From an uncultured bacterium (GTDB lineage: Bacteria; Omnitrophota; Omnitrophia; Omnitrophales; Aquincolibacteriaceae): a stretch of DNA of 64,000 nt. Positions within the stretch are counted from its first letter, which is position 1, and each line of letters begins with the position of its first letter. Shown one piece after another: positions 9,362 to 19,098 of this stretch. The DNA lies in the NCBI GenBank assembly GCA_964434115.1, contig CAYSSX010000001.1:229855-293854 (forward strand), written 5' to 3'. The translations under genes and the position numbers were made by a program. The notes under the pieces were generated by a model. The model ran no database searches. It was not told the DNA's origin and saw only the letters and a list, made by a program, of their open reading frames with translations.

Positions 9362-9438
9362 GGGCGGTTAGCTCAGTTGGTTAGAGCACTACCTTGACAT
9401 GGTAGGGGTCACAGGTTCGAGTCCTGTACCGCCCACCA
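9362..9438 (+). tRNA. tRNA-Val (anticodon GAC)
   Basis: The sequence folds into a cloverleaf with a 7-bp acceptor stem (GGGCGGT / ACCGCCC). It has a GCTC/GAGC D-stem, anticodon loop tTGACat, a TTCGAGT T-loop and an encoded 3' CCA. Confidence 0.9.
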
Positions 9439-9476
9439 TCTATTCCTTCCCTTCAATATTTCCCGGTTTCAGCACG

Positions 9477-10091
9477 TTACCGTTTTTGTCCGGCAAGGTA
9501 TTCCTGAAAAAAACTCTTCACTTGTTTTAGGGCTTGGGCACGGTGAGAAACCGAATGCTTCATTTCCGGGGTCACTTCCCCGAAGGTCTTGCCAAAGGGC
9601 GGATAAAAAAACAGCGGGTCGTAGCCAAAACCGCCGTTCCCTCTAGGTTCACGGATAATCACTCCGTGCACTTCCCCGCGCATAAGCTTTAAAACACGAC
9701 CCGGTTCCGCGATGGCAACCACGGAAGTGTAATGCGCACTCCGGCAATTGTCCGGCATATTGCCAAGCAAGCGGAGCAGTTTGGCGTTGTTGCTTTCATC
9801 GGTCGCCCCTTCACCGGAAAAGCGCGCGGAATAAACACCGGGAGAACCCTCCAGAGCGTCACAGGAAAGACCGGAATCTTCCGCCAGCGTCAGAATGCCG
9901 GTTTGCGCGGCATACCCCAAAGCCTTTAAAGAAGCATTCTCTTCAAAGGTCTTGCCGGTTTCCTCAACTTCCGTGGTCTGAAAGTCTTTGAGAAGTAAAA
10001 ACTCAAAGTTAAAATCCGCCAGAAGCTCTTGTAGTTCGGCAAGTTTTTTACGGTTCGTGGAGGCCACTAAAAGCTTGGGTCGTCCGGTCAT
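9477..10091 (-). CDS. rdgB: RdgB/HAM1-family non-canonical purine NTP pyrophosphatase (dITP/XTP)
   Basis: [15 protein letters not shown] ... FGYDPLFF is the Ham1 signature. The gene overlaps the rph start by 4 nt. Confidence 0.85.
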   Translation of the reverse strand: MTGRPKLLVASTNRKKLAELQELLADFNFEFLLLKDFQTTEVEETGKTFEENASLKALGYAAQTGILTLAEDSGLSCDALEGSPGVYSARFSGEGATDESNNAKLLRLLGNMPDNCRSAHYTSVVAIAEPGRVLKLMRGEVHGVIIREPRGNGGFGYDPLFFYPPFGKTFGEVTPEMKHSVSHRAQALKQVKSFFQEYLAGQKR

Positions 10092-10807
10092 GAAAGCTTC
10101 AAGGCCTTTTTCTGATGAAGCAGAAGTTCACGGATTCCTTTTTCCGCGAGCCCCACAAGCGTATCCATTTCTTTTTTCGTAAAGGCTTTTCCTTCCGCGG
10201 TTCCCTGGACTTCGACAAAGGCGCCGGAACCGGTCATCACCACGTTCATATCCACTTCGGCTTTCGAATCTTCCTGATAACAAAGATCAAGAAGCGCTTC
10301 CCCGTTCACCACGCCCACACTCACTGCGGCCACGGGATGAAGAATGGGATTTTCTTTAAGCAGCCCCTGCTTCATCATTTTCTTGATTGCATCGGAAACC
10401 GCCACGTAGGCGCCCGTGATCGCGGCTGTGCGCGTTCCGCCATCGCCTTGAATCACATCCGCGTCAATAAAAAGCGTGCGTTCACCGAGTTTCTGGAGAT
10501 CCACGACCGAACGAAGGCTGCGGCCGATGAGGCGCTGGATTTCCTGCGTTCTTCCGGAGGGCTTCCCCTTGCTGGATTCACGCTGAATGCGTTCGTTGCA
10601 GGAAGCCGGCAGCATACCGTATTCCGCGGTCAGCCAGCCCTTGCCCGTTCCTTTTAAGAAAGGCGGGGCCTTGTCCTGAAGGCTCGCGGTGCAAAGCACC
10701 TTGGTGTTGCCCATTTCGACAAGGCAGGAACCCAAAGCAAACTTAAGATAATTTCTTTTGATTTTTACAGGGCGAAGCTGCCCCGCTTTACGGCCGTCAA
10801 CACGCAC
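10088..10807 (-). CDS. rph: ribonuclease PH
   Basis: [42 protein letters not shown] is canonical RNase PH. Confidence 0.9.
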   Translation of the reverse strand: MRVDGRKAGQLRPVKIKRNYLKFALGSCLVEMGNTKVLCTASLQDKAPPFLKGTGKGWLTAEYGMLPASCNERIQRESSKGKPSGRTQEIQRLIGRSLRSVVDLQKLGERTLFIDADVIQGDGGTRTAAITGAYVAVSDAIKKMMKQGLLKENPILHPVAAVSVGVVNGEALLDLCYQEDSKAEVDMNVVMTGSGAFVEVQGTAEGKAFTKKEMDTLVGLAEKGIRELLLHQKKALKLS

Positions 10808-10817
10808 GAAAAACCCC

Positions 10818-11531
10818 CTATCGGATTTTAAGAATTCGATGAAGACGCGGCAGAATGCGCACGTCCTTGATCTGGCGCAAGGCCAGGGTTTGAAGCTCTC
10901 CCAGCAATTTCATTAAATCGGCATCCTCGTGCCCCTCACAGGTTCCGGAAAGCGGCTGAAGGATCACAGGTGTTTCCGGGGCAGTGCGGGCCACAATTGA
11001 AATCAGTGATTCGAATTCTGGAATTAAAATTTCTTTGGAGAGTACGATCTTCACAAACGTCTCTTTGACCTTGGCGATTTTTAAAAACTGTTCGTGCTCT
11101 AGTTCGAAACTTTTCTCACCCGTCACACTGGAGGGCTTCATGTCCATGGCAATGCAGTCACAAAGATCCAGGACTTGCTCCAGCGCGGGCGCAAGAATGC
11201 CGTCGGTTTCCAGATAGTTTTTAAACCCTTGCGCGCGGAGTGCCGTCATCAGGGGTTTCAGAAAACGCAAATAGATCAAAGGCTCGCCGCCTGTGTAGCT
11301 GACAAAGCGGTGCGGTCCTTCCTGCGCTTCAAGGTCAAGGACTTCACGAACCAGCACACCCAGTTCCTTTTCATACCCGGGTTTGCCAAGTTCATCGCAG
11401 TACTTGCAGTGAATGTGACATTCCTCAAAGCGAATAAATAGATGGCGTTCTCCGGCATGAGTCCCCTCGCCTTGGAGGGAAGAAAAAATTTCGGAAACGC
11501 GGGCCTTTTCAGCGGTAGGAGGAAACTTCAT
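10818..11531 (-). CDS. queE: 7-carboxy-7-deazaguanine synthase (radical SAM)
   Basis: [10 protein letters not shown]...[15 protein letters not shown] and the Cx14CxxC-type cluster fit QueE. I chose the internal ATG (MKFPPTAEK...) as start; the track ORF overruns the queC 3' end. Confidence 0.8.
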   Translation of the reverse strand: MKFPPTAEKARVSEIFSSLQGEGTHAGERHLFIRFEECHIHCKYCDELGKPGYEKELGVLVREVLDLEAQEGPHRFVSYTGGEPLIYLRFLKPLMTALRAQGFKNYLETDGILAPALEQVLDLCDCIAMDMKPSSVTGEKSFELEHEQFLKIAKVKETFVKIVLSKEILIPEFESLISIVARTAPETPVILQPLSGTCEGHEDADLMKLLGELQTLALRQIKDVRILPRLHRILKIR

Positions 11532-12216
11532 AAGAAAGGGCCGGGTCGGAAAGACCGGCTTCCTCAAATCCTTTCTTTCGCAGGAGGCATGAGTCGCAGG
11601 TGCCGCACGGGCGTTCTCCACCCAGATAGCAGGACCATGTTTTTTCAAGCGGAACCTTGAGCGCGTGCGCCAGCTGGACTATGGTTTTTTTACTGAGCCT
11701 TACCAGAGGCGCTTCAATCCGGATCCTGCGGCCCGAAACACCGGCCTTGGTCCCTCGTTCCAGAACAGCGGCCATGGCATGCAAAAACTCAGGGCGGCAA
11801 TCCGGATACCCGCTGTAGTCAATGGCGTTGGCACCGATGAAAATGGCTTCGGCTTCAATGGCTTCAGCCAGCGAACCGGCCAGGGAAAGAAAAATGGTGT
11901 TTCTCGCCGGGACATAGGTGGAAGGGATTTCAGAAGACATCACTTCTTCCGCACGGCCTTGCGGAACCGCGGCGCGGCGGTCCAGCAGAGAGCTTCCGCC
12001 CCACGGGAGTTCAATGGAAGTCACGTGATGTTTAATGCCAAGGGGTTGCAGAATCGCGCGGGCGCTCGCCAATTCACGTTCGTGTTTTTGCCCGTAATGA
12101 ACGGTCAAAGCCGTGACGTCGTAACCTTCGCGGAGTGCGCTGTAGAGTACCGTGGCTGAATCAAGGCCTCCGGAAAAGAGGCAGACGGCTTTGGGTTTTT
12201 GGGTTTCCTGGGACAT
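11509..12216 (-). CDS. queC: 7-cyano-7-deazaguanine synthase
   Basis: The PP-loop AVCLFSGGLDSAT is present. A C-terminal zinc-Cys cluster (CGTCDSC) follows. Confidence 0.9.
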   Translation of the reverse strand: MSQETQKPKAVCLFSGGLDSATVLYSALREGYDVTALTVHYGQKHERELASARAILQPLGIKHHVTSIELPWGGSSLLDRRAAVPQGRAEEVMSSEIPSTYVPARNTIFLSLAGSLAEAIEAEAIFIGANAIDYSGYPDCRPEFLHAMAAVLERGTKAGVSGRRIRIEAPLVRLSKKTIVQLAHALKVPLEKTWSCYLGGERPCGTCDSCLLRKKGFEEAGLSDPALSYEVSSYR

Positions 12217-12262
12217 GGGGCGGTATTGTACAGGATTTGCAGGGAAAAAAGAAGGCTGGAAA

Positions 12263-13150
12263 TTAGCGGATGACCTGGACCTTACGCAGCTTTTCCCGGA
12301 GGAAATTTTCTCCTAAACGGGTGAAATTGCGGGGCAGATCGCTGACAAAGACGTCCAGATGCCCTTGGGTTTTGCGCGGGGTGTAAAGATTCTCTTTTTC
12401 AAGATGCGCCATCAGCTTTAAAACGCAGGGTTTGGCCGAATCCACAAGCGTGACCCCTTTCCCAAAATAAGCCTGGAGCGCGGGTTTCAGCATCGGGTAG
12501 TGGGTGCAGCCGAGAATCAGGGTATCAATGCGGGCTTTTTTCAAGGGGCTTAAATAATGGTTCATCATCCCCCGCTGAATTTCAACGGGAACCGACCCCT
12601 CTTCCACAATCGGGACAAAAAGCGGGCAGGCAATGCTTTGGACTTTCAAACCGGGATTTTTTTTAGTCAGGGCTTTTTTGTAAGCTTCACTGTCCACCGT
12701 GGCCTGCGTTCCGATCACGCCGATTTTCCCGGACACGGTCACGCTCAGGGCTTCTTCAACAGCGGGTGAAATCACATCCACCACAGGAAGGTCGGAGGTG
12801 CGGCGGAGAAAATCATACGCCGCGCTGGCGGATGAATTACAGGCAATGACAAGCGCTTTGATTCCCCGCTTCATCAAAAACTGCGTGTTCTCAACGGAAA
12901 AGCGGAGGATTTGCTCTTTTGACTTGGTGCCGTAAGGAAGGCGGGCGATGTCCCCGAAATAATAAATCGATTCATGCGGTAAAAGGCGGCGCATTTCACG
13001 CACAATCGTGAGGCCGCCAAGCCCTGAATCAAAAACACCGATCGGAAGTTTCGCGGGAGACGCGTTCAAACGCGAAGCGGAAGAGAGTTTGCGCGAGGAC
13101 AGAGGATTACTCCTCGGCCGCTTCTTCTTCATCATCCTCGCCGAGTTCAT
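12263..13150 (-). CDS. murI: glutamate racemase
   Basis: IGVFDSGLGGLT and the GCTHYP motif identify MurI. The start is uncertain. The track ORF (to 13237) overlaps the neighbouring small gene. Candidate ATGs lie at 13150 and 13135, and an in-frame TTG at about 13063 would give the typical short N-terminus. Confidence 0.8.
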   Translation of the reverse strand: MNSARMMKKKRPRSNPLSSRKLSSASRLNASPAKLPIGVFDSGLGGLTIVREMRRLLPHESIYYFGDIARLPYGTKSKEQILRFSVENTQFLMKRGIKALVIACNSSASAAYDFLRRTSDLPVVDVISPAVEEALSVTVSGKIGVIGTQATVDSEAYKKALTKKNPGLKVQSIACPLFVPIVEEGSVPVEIQRGMMNHYLSPLKKARIDTLILGCTHYPMLKPALQAYFGKGVTLVDSAKPCVLKLMAHLEKENLYTPRKTQGHLDVFVSDLPRNFTRLGENFLREKLRKVQVIR

Positions 13151-13379
13151 CGTCGATACAGCAGAGCAGTTCGCCTTTGGCAACCACTTCCCCTTCATCG
13201 TAATAAACCTCAGCCAGAATGCCGGAACTTGGGGCATGAATCATCAAGACGCCTTCTTCCGTGGAAAGCTCGACAAGGTCATCACCTTCCTGAACCGGGT
13301 CGCCTTCTTCCACATACCAGACTTTTACCGTGGCTTCTTCAACATTACGAGCCAGACCTTCCAAAGGGACTTCAACCAT
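13107..13379 (-). CDS. small lipoyl/biotinyl-domain-like protein lacking the attachment lysine, with an acidic C-terminal tail
   Basis: MVEVPLEGLARNVEEATVKVWYVEEGDPVQEGDDLVELSTEEGVLMIHAPSSGILAEV has the hybrid-barrel lipoyl-domain pattern. The usual ETDKA motif is replaced by STEEG, so there is no lysine to modify. The tail is DDELGEDDEEEAAEE. Its ATG overlaps the lipA stop as ATGGTTGA. Confidence 0.55.
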   Translation of the reverse strand: MVEVPLEGLARNVEEATVKVWYVEEGDPVQEGDDLVELSTEEGVLMIHAPSSGILAEVYYDEGEVVAKGELLCCIDDELGEDDEEEAAEE

Positions 13380-14262
13380 GACGCACTTCCTCCATCGGTT
13401 TCGCATTAAGAAATGTTTCACCGGCATGATAGGAACTGCGCACATACGGTCCAGCGAACACATCGCGAAAGCCGTAAGGCTTAAGTTCCGCGGCCAGTGA
13501 ATTAAAGGTTTCCGGAGCTATATACTCCTGAAGAGGTAAATGATCTTTTGTCGGGGGCAGGTATTGGCCCAAAGTCAGAATTTCACAGCCGTAAGTCCGA
13601 AGATCGCGGGCCGCTTCCAGAATTTCCTCACGCGTTTCCCCCAGCCCCAGCATCAAGCCGCTCTTGGTCAATACATTTGCCGAAATGGATTTTGCGATTT
13701 TCAGGACTTCAAGCGATCTCTCGTAACGGGCCTGCGGACGAATCAATTTCTGAAGGCGGCGCACGGATTCAAGATTGTGATTGAAAACATCCGGCCCTGC
13801 CTCGACGACTTGCGCGATCAGTTCCGGGCGGGCGTGAAAGTCCGGGGTCAGCACTTCAATTTTAACGCCGGGGATTTTCGCTTTTACGGCACGGATGGTT
13901 TGGGCAAAATGCTCCGCGCCTTCATCTTTAAGGTCATCACGGGCGACCGAGGTAATCACCACATAGCGAAGTCCCATTTCCGCCGCTGCGGAAGCCACGC
14001 GTTCCGGTTCGTCTGTTTCAACGGTCAAGCCCCGTCCGGTTTTGATGGCGCAGAATCCGCAGCTTCGGGTGCAGACATCCCCCAGGATCATAAAAGTCGC
14101 GGTGTTGTGCGCGTAACACTCCGCGCGATTCGGACATAAAGCCGATTCACAGACCGTGTTGAGTTTGTTTTTTTCCAGAATGCCATGCGTGCTTTCCGCA
14201 GAACGTTCGGGAAGCGAACGTCTCAGCCATTCCGGGAGTCTTTTTCTTGCGATATCAACCAT
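13372..14262 (-). CDS. lipA: lipoyl synthase
   Basis: CPNRAECY is the auxiliary-cluster motif. CTRSCGFC is the radical-SAM CxxxCxxC. Confidence 0.9.
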   Translation of the reverse strand: MVDIARKRLPEWLRRSLPERSAESTHGILEKNKLNTVCESALCPNRAECYAHNTATFMILGDVCTRSCGFCAIKTGRGLTVETDEPERVASAAAEMGLRYVVITSVARDDLKDEGAEHFAQTIRAVKAKIPGVKIEVLTPDFHARPELIAQVVEAGPDVFNHNLESVRRLQKLIRPQARYERSLEVLKIAKSISANVLTKSGLMLGLGETREEILEAARDLRTYGCEILTLGQYLPPTKDHLPLQEYIAPETFNSLAAELKPYGFRDVFAGPYVRSSYHAGETFLNAKPMEEVRHG

Positions 14263-14434
14263 AAACCTTGTCCTAATTTAGGGCGGGGAAAAGATTTTTA
14301 GGGGGATCAATTTGGCTCTTCTATCAAAAACACCCCAGTGTGTCAAGAAAGACCACGGCTTTTGGAGAAACTTTTCGGCAAGCCGCGTTTTTCCGCAAAG
14401 GATTACGACTTATAAATAAAAATCTGAAGCAGCT

Positions 14435-15082
14435 TTATTTAGGCAGTCCGATGTCAATCATCCGGATTTCGCCGGCCAATTCCGGTCCCCGTCCAATCGT
14501 CAAACCGTGTTTCAGGGTTCCAAAAACAGCGGTGGCCGAAGCCTTGACGGCTGCCCCCATGACTTCACCGGTATCCGCGTTCAAGCCGGAAGGAACATCA
14601 GCGCTGATCACTTTTTTCCCGGATTCATTCACTGCGGTGACAATATCCAGCCAAGGAGAAACCAGATTTTTAGAAAGCCCTATGCCAAAAACCGCGTCGA
14701 TGATTCCTGAACAGTTCTTAAAAGCAGCGCGGACCGCTCCCGGAACTTCAGCGGGTTCCAGAATGCGGATTTTTATCCCGGCTTTCAGCAAGGCGTCAAC
14801 CTGCGCTTGGGATTCCTCCTTAAGAAATTCCGCTTTTTCTAGAAGAAGTATTTCAAGGGCATACCCCCGCCCGGCTAGAAAGCGCGCCGCGGCAAGACCA
14901 TCCCCGCCGTTATTGCCTTTGCCGGAAAGAATGCCCACCCGGCCTTGGGGAAGAAGTTCTGCCGTGAGATCCGCCAGCCCCTGCCCCGCTCTTTCCATAA
15001 GAACCACTGCTGGAATACGGAGCTCTTCAATCGCCCTTTTTTCTAATTCCCGTGTTTGCTGGACTGAAAAAGTTTGTGTCAT
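14435..15082 (-). CDS. nnrE: NAD(P)H-hydrate epimerase (stand-alone YjeF-N domain)
   Basis: The sequence has the YjeF-N fold, including VLSGKGNNGGDGLAAARFL. No C-terminal dehydratase domain is present. Confidence 0.75.
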   Translation of the reverse strand: MTQTFSVQQTRELEKRAIEELRIPAVVLMERAGQGLADLTAELLPQGRVGILSGKGNNGGDGLAAARFLAGRGYALEILLLEKAEFLKEESQAQVDALLKAGIKIRILEPAEVPGAVRAAFKNCSGIIDAVFGIGLSKNLVSPWLDIVTAVNESGKKVISADVPSGLNADTGEVMGAAVKASATAVFGTLKHGLTIGRGPELAGEIRMIDIGLPK

Positions 15083-15238
15083 AAGGACTGTTTTTAAAGC
15101 TCCCGGGTAAGCCTGCGCTGAGGGGAAAACAACCCTCAGAGACTCTTTTTACGGCGTCAAAAGAAGACTGAATTTTAGCATAAAAGAGAATTTGTTTTTG
15201 TTGGAATTGTTCGTTATGGTTGAAATTAGAGGTGGGGA

Positions 15239-16321
15239 ATGTCACTGGAACTCAACCATGAAGGTTTTCTAGCCTACGCCAGCCAGCGGATGATCCGGTA
15301 TTCCCGCAGTGAAAAATTCATGCAGTGGGTTTGCCGCTACCTTCAGCTGCATTTAAAACCCACCCAGGTTTCGATCGCTCTTTACAACAATCAGAGCAAG
15401 ACCTTTTCCGTGGAAGTGTCCGAGGGGCGTCATAAAATCCCGCCGCGTCTGATCAGTCTTCCGGACACGAATCCCCTGATCCGCTGGTTTCTGGAGGAAC
15501 GCGGGGAAACCCTTCGCGGCCGGCGGGCGCACCGCTGGATCACCGTTGAAAAGCTCCGTGAACAAGTGACTCAGGAATCCGAAGCCATCCTTCACGAACT
15601 GCTGCTTCATCACGCCGAAGTCTGTTTCAAAATCGAAACCCAGGAGCGTCTCGCGGGTTATCTCATGATCGGGCCCAAGGAATCCGGAGTCCCTTATTCA
15701 GACGAAGACATTGTGTTTCTTCAAACCCTGGCCAACAACCTGAGCATTGAAATTGAGAAGGAAGAATACTGGGCCAATTCCTTTTCCGATCCCTTGACCG
15801 GGCTTCTCAACCGGGCGACCATGCTGGACCGTCTTCAGGACATGCTCGCCAAATCCCGGAACAACGACCCGGCCTTTGATTTTGCCATTGCCATGGTGGA
15901 TATTGACGACTTTAAAATGATCAACGATCACTTCGGCCATCTCGCGGGCGATCAAGTGATCCGCACCGCCGCGTCCATGATCCGGGCCGGCATCCGCGAA
16001 ACCGATCACGCCTTCCGCTACGGCGGTGAAGAATTTCTCATGATTCTCAAGAAAACTTCCCGGGATCCCCAGCGCATTCCCACCCGGGCCGAATTTGAAG
16101 CGGACATTGAGGCTGTGCTTGAACGGCTCCGTGAAAAATTCGTAGCCCGCCCCCTGATGTGTCTGGGGAAAATGATCCCGGTGAGTTTTAGCGCCGGAGT
16201 CACTTTCTTGCGTGACTCGGCGCAAAGTCCCGAGGCGCTTATTCTGCAGGCCGATCAGGCCTTATATAAAGCAAAACATGAGGGCAAGAACCGCGTGGTG
16301 GTTTACCGGGAAGAGCTGTAA
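15239..16321 (+). CDS. GAF-like sensor + GGDEF diguanylate cyclase
   Basis: The C-terminal GGDEF domain has the active-site motif RYGGEEF and the I-site-like region IAMVDIDDFKMINDHFGH. A GAF-like sensory domain of roughly 190 aa precedes it. This is the only long plus-strand gene in the housekeeping region. Confidence 0.85.
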   Translation: MSLELNHEGFLAYASQRMIRYSRSEKFMQWVCRYLQLHLKPTQVSIALYNNQSKTFSVEVSEGRHKIPPRLISLPDTNPLIRWFLEERGETLRGRRAHRWITVEKLREQVTQESEAILHELLLHHAEVCFKIETQERLAGYLMIGPKESGVPYSDEDIVFLQTLANNLSIEIEKEEYWANSFSDPLTGLLNRATMLDRLQDMLAKSRNNDPAFDFAIAMVDIDDFKMINDHFGHLAGDQVIRTAASMIRAGIRETDHAFRYGGEEFLMILKKTSRDPQRIPTRAEFEADIEAVLERLREKFVARPLMCLGKMIPVSFSAGVTFLRDSAQSPEALILQADQALYKAKHEGKNRVVVYREEL

Positions 16322-16327
16322 GGGGTT

Positions 16328-17746
16328 TTAAAGAGGCTTGCCTGAAAAGGTTTCATGCGTCAGGGATTGCAGGCGGACTTTCCGGAAACTGCCGATCCAG
16401 GACGTCTCCCCGGCAAAGACCACCTTTTTTTCGTGCAGGGTACGGCCCACCAAAAGGCTTTTGTCTTTGGTGCTGGGATTTTCCGCAAACACTTCCACTT
16501 CGCGGCCCAGCCAGGCTTCGTTGTTTTCCTTCTCGATTTTCTTTTGAATCACGAGGAGTTCCTGATTGCGTCTTTCTTTGACCTCAAGCGGCACATCATC
16601 TTCCAGTTTCGCCGCAGGAGTGCCGGGCCGGACCGAGTACTTATAAATATAGGCGCCGTCGAAACGCAGCTCCTCAAGCGCCTGGCAGGTGGCTTTATGG
16701 TCTTCTTCGGTTTCGCCGCTAAAGCCCGCGATAATATCCGTGGTGATCGAGATCCCTGGAATCATCTCCCGCATCAATCGGATCTTTTCCTTAAAATCCG
16801 CGAACGTGTGCAGACGTTTCATGCGCTTCAGCATGCGGTCAGAACCGGCCTGGAGCGGCAAATGAAAGCGGCGTGAGATTTTCGGATTCTTTGCGATCAC
16901 CGCGTAAAGTTCAGGCGTGGCATCGTGCGGATGGGACGTTGTAAAGGAAAGGCCTTCAAGCCCCTCAATTTCACAGAGCATGTCGAGAAGCTCGGGGAAA
17001 GTCACTTTCCGCGCAGGCGCCGTGTCCGTGCTTTGTAAATCCTCCACGGGGTCCGTGCCGTTGTAGCTGTTCACATTCTGCCCCAAAAGCGTAATCCACT
17101 TCACGCCTTCGCTCACAAGGCGCGAGGCTTCGCGGTACACTTCCCGGGCCGGCATAGACACTTCACTGCCACGCGTGATGGGAACAATGCAAAAAGTGCA
17201 GACCTTATTACAGCCGGTCATAATGGGAAGCCAGGCGTGAAATTTCCCTTCCCTGCGGATCTGGTCCGTGTATTCAATGGAGATGCCATCCTGCTTGATT
17301 TGCGCAACCTGCTTGCGTGAACGGCGGACTTCTTCGATCAAACGCGGTAAATCGGAAATGTTGCGGGTGCCTACCATGAGATCAAGCTGCGGAAAACGTT
17401 TGAAGAGTTTATTCTTGTGCTCTTCCACCATGCAGCCCATGAGCCCCACAATTAAATCAGGATTGGTTTCCTTGGCTTTCCCGAGCATGCCCAAACGGCC
17501 GTAGACGCGCTCTTCAGCATGCTCACGCACCGAGCAGGTGTTCATCAGCACAATGTCCGCATTCGGAACTTTGCTGTCATCCTGCACGTCTTTTGTGAAG
17601 TCTTCCTGGAGAATTTTGTAGCCTTTATGCTGAAGCAAACCTCCGGCCACTTCGCTGTCATACATGTTCATCTGGCAGCCAAAGGTCTTGATATTGACCT
17701 TTAGAGGCGCGGCGTCTTCCGGGATGTTTTTTTTAGGAGTATCCAT
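16328..17746 (-). CDS. miaB: tRNA-2-methylthio-N6-dimethylallyladenosine synthase (methylthiotransferase)
   Basis: The N-terminal MTTase domain carries the FGCQMN cysteine. The radical-SAM CxxxCxxC (GCNKVCTFC) follows. A C-terminal TRAM domain is present. Confidence 0.85.
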   Translation of the reverse strand: MDTPKKNIPEDAAPLKVNIKTFGCQMNMYDSEVAGGLLQHKGYKILQEDFTKDVQDDSKVPNADIVLMNTCSVREHAEERVYGRLGMLGKAKETNPDLIVGLMGCMVEEHKNKLFKRFPQLDLMVGTRNISDLPRLIEEVRRSRKQVAQIKQDGISIEYTDQIRREGKFHAWLPIMTGCNKVCTFCIVPITRGSEVSMPAREVYREASRLVSEGVKWITLLGQNVNSYNGTDPVEDLQSTDTAPARKVTFPELLDMLCEIEGLEGLSFTTSHPHDATPELYAVIAKNPKISRRFHLPLQAGSDRMLKRMKRLHTFADFKEKIRLMREMIPGISITTDIIAGFSGETEEDHKATCQALEELRFDGAYIYKYSVRPGTPAAKLEDDVPLEVKERRNQELLVIQKKIEKENNEAWLGREVEVFAENPSTKDKSLLVGRTLHEKKVVFAGETSWIGSFRKVRLQSLTHETFSGKPL

Positions 17747-17898
17747 AAGTTATTCAATTTATTGAAGTTACAGCAAGTATTTAAAAAACGACTTTTAGCG
17801 TCAAGTGGTGGCATTCTAGCAAGGCCGCTTTTCCAAAACAATCCTTTAAAATTTTCACTACACCTGCGGAATGTCAGAAAGAATCAAGCGTTTTGAAA

Positions 17899-19098
17899 TT
17901 AAGCGGTGCGGGAGCTTTCAGCGGGACCCGGCCCAGCCGGAGCCGTTGCGGAGTTGTTGGTGCGGAGAATGATTCTGTCGACCTGAAAACCGTCTTCACG
18001 CATCCAGAGGTGAAAAGTCTGCAGTCCGGTTTTTGTGACGACTAAGGAAGCGGCGGGTCCATCCACAGTAGCGCGGCTCCAGGCCCACGCGGTTGTGAAC
18101 CCTGTAATTTTGTCGGAAGTTGAAGGCCCTGCCTTATTCAGACCCGCGTGCGCGGAATCATCACTTCCCGTAGGTCCGCGTCCGCGCAGCCATACATAAT
18201 AGGTTCCCGTGGCGGCAAAGTTAATGTTGTAAACCAGTTCAGGGCTTGTGGTGACGTAACCCGTATCAATCATGCCGTTGTTGTTTGGTGCTGCGGTCAT
18301 GAAACCGCTGCCCGCATACCCCACCTGGGAAGTCTGAAGTGTCCAGTTTTTGCCGGCCCGTGAAACATTCCCATCAAAGTGTTCGGCCTCGATGACAACC
18401 TGGCCGCCGGTTTCTTTAAAGGCCGCTGCGGTGGTCGTAAAAACCGCTGAGTTTGAAGTCGTCGTGTTCCCGGCCGCATCCGCGGAGCGAACACGGAAGT
18501 AATAGGTTTTTCCAGGTGTCAAACCGGTCAGCACCACTTTGTGGCTTGTCACTGGGGCTTTGTCCAAAGCGCTGGACTGAGTCTCTGGTTGAGCGGTTCC
18601 GTAAAGCGCTTGAGTTGACGAAGCTTCATCCGTAGTCCAGGTCAAGGCCGCGCCTGTGGTCGTAATGCTCGCTGATTTTACAGCGCTGATCACGGGGGGC
18701 GTAACATCCGGCGCCCAGGTTAAACGGGCTTCAACGGTATTGGGACTGTCTCCCTGTTTGACCTGCGGACGGAAGGCGGGATCTTTTAAGGCGATTTTTA
18801 TTTCGACCTGTTTGGGTGTGGTCTGCGTCATGGTGACAGAACCAAAAGGGGTTGCGCCTAAGGGTTCCGCCTCACCCAGTTTCGCCTGATACAGGCGGAT
18901 CAAAACTTCCTGAGGTTTCGAAGGCTGCTTGATCAAATCAAAGGCCTGCGGACCGCTCGAACTGATGCGGAGAATAAAATCTTTTTCCCCTACGGCAATA
19001 ATCTGCGCGTCCGAAACCTTCACTTGATCCGCATAAACAAGCGGAGAAGCCAAGGCCGTAAAAAGCATAAGAGGCAGAAATATCCGCATGATCTTCAA
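17899..19098 (-). CDS. secreted FN3-like + carbohydrate-binding-module-like protein
   Basis: The N-terminus is a Sec signal peptide (MKIMRIFLPLMLFTALASPLVYA). An FN3-like domain resembling a purple-acid-phosphatase N-terminus follows (LTWTTDE...YGTA...KTYYFRVRS). The C-terminal domain (IEAEHF...YYVWLRG...FHLWMREDGFQVDRIIL) looks like a CBM6/35- or malectin-like sugar-binding module. Its ATG overlaps the stop of the 2234-aa gene. Confidence 0.7.
   Translation of the reverse strand: MKIMRIFLPLMLFTALASPLVYADQVKVSDAQIIAVGEKDFILRISSSGPQAFDLIKQPSKPQEVLIRLYQAKLGEAEPLGATPFGSVTMTQTTPKQVEIKIALKDPAFRPQVKQGDSPNTVEARLTWAPDVTPPVISAVKSASITTTGAALTWTTDEASSTQALYGTAQPETQSSALDKAPVTSHKVVLTGLTPGKTYYFRVRSADAAGNTTTSNSAVFTTTAAAFKETGGQVVIEAEHFDGNVSRAGKNWTLQTSQVGYAGSGFMTAAPNNNGMIDTGYVTTSPELVYNINFAATGTYYVWLRGRGPTGSDDSAHAGLNKAGPSTSDKITGFTTAWAWSRATVDGPAASLVVTKTGLQTFHLWMREDGFQVDRIILRTNNSATAPAGPGPAESSRTA

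Noticed and set aside
14340-15110. 256-aa plus-strand ORF, and similar long plus-strand ORFs at 6553-7275, 33229-34482, 35743-36210, 44679-45461 and 61710-62618
   Set aside because: They lie antisense to, and fully inside, minus-strand genes with unmistakable conserved products (nnrE, infC, gspE, gspL, the giant protein, ccoNO). Their translations are low-complexity and Arg/Gly/Pro-rich, which is typical of GC-rich shadow ORFs.
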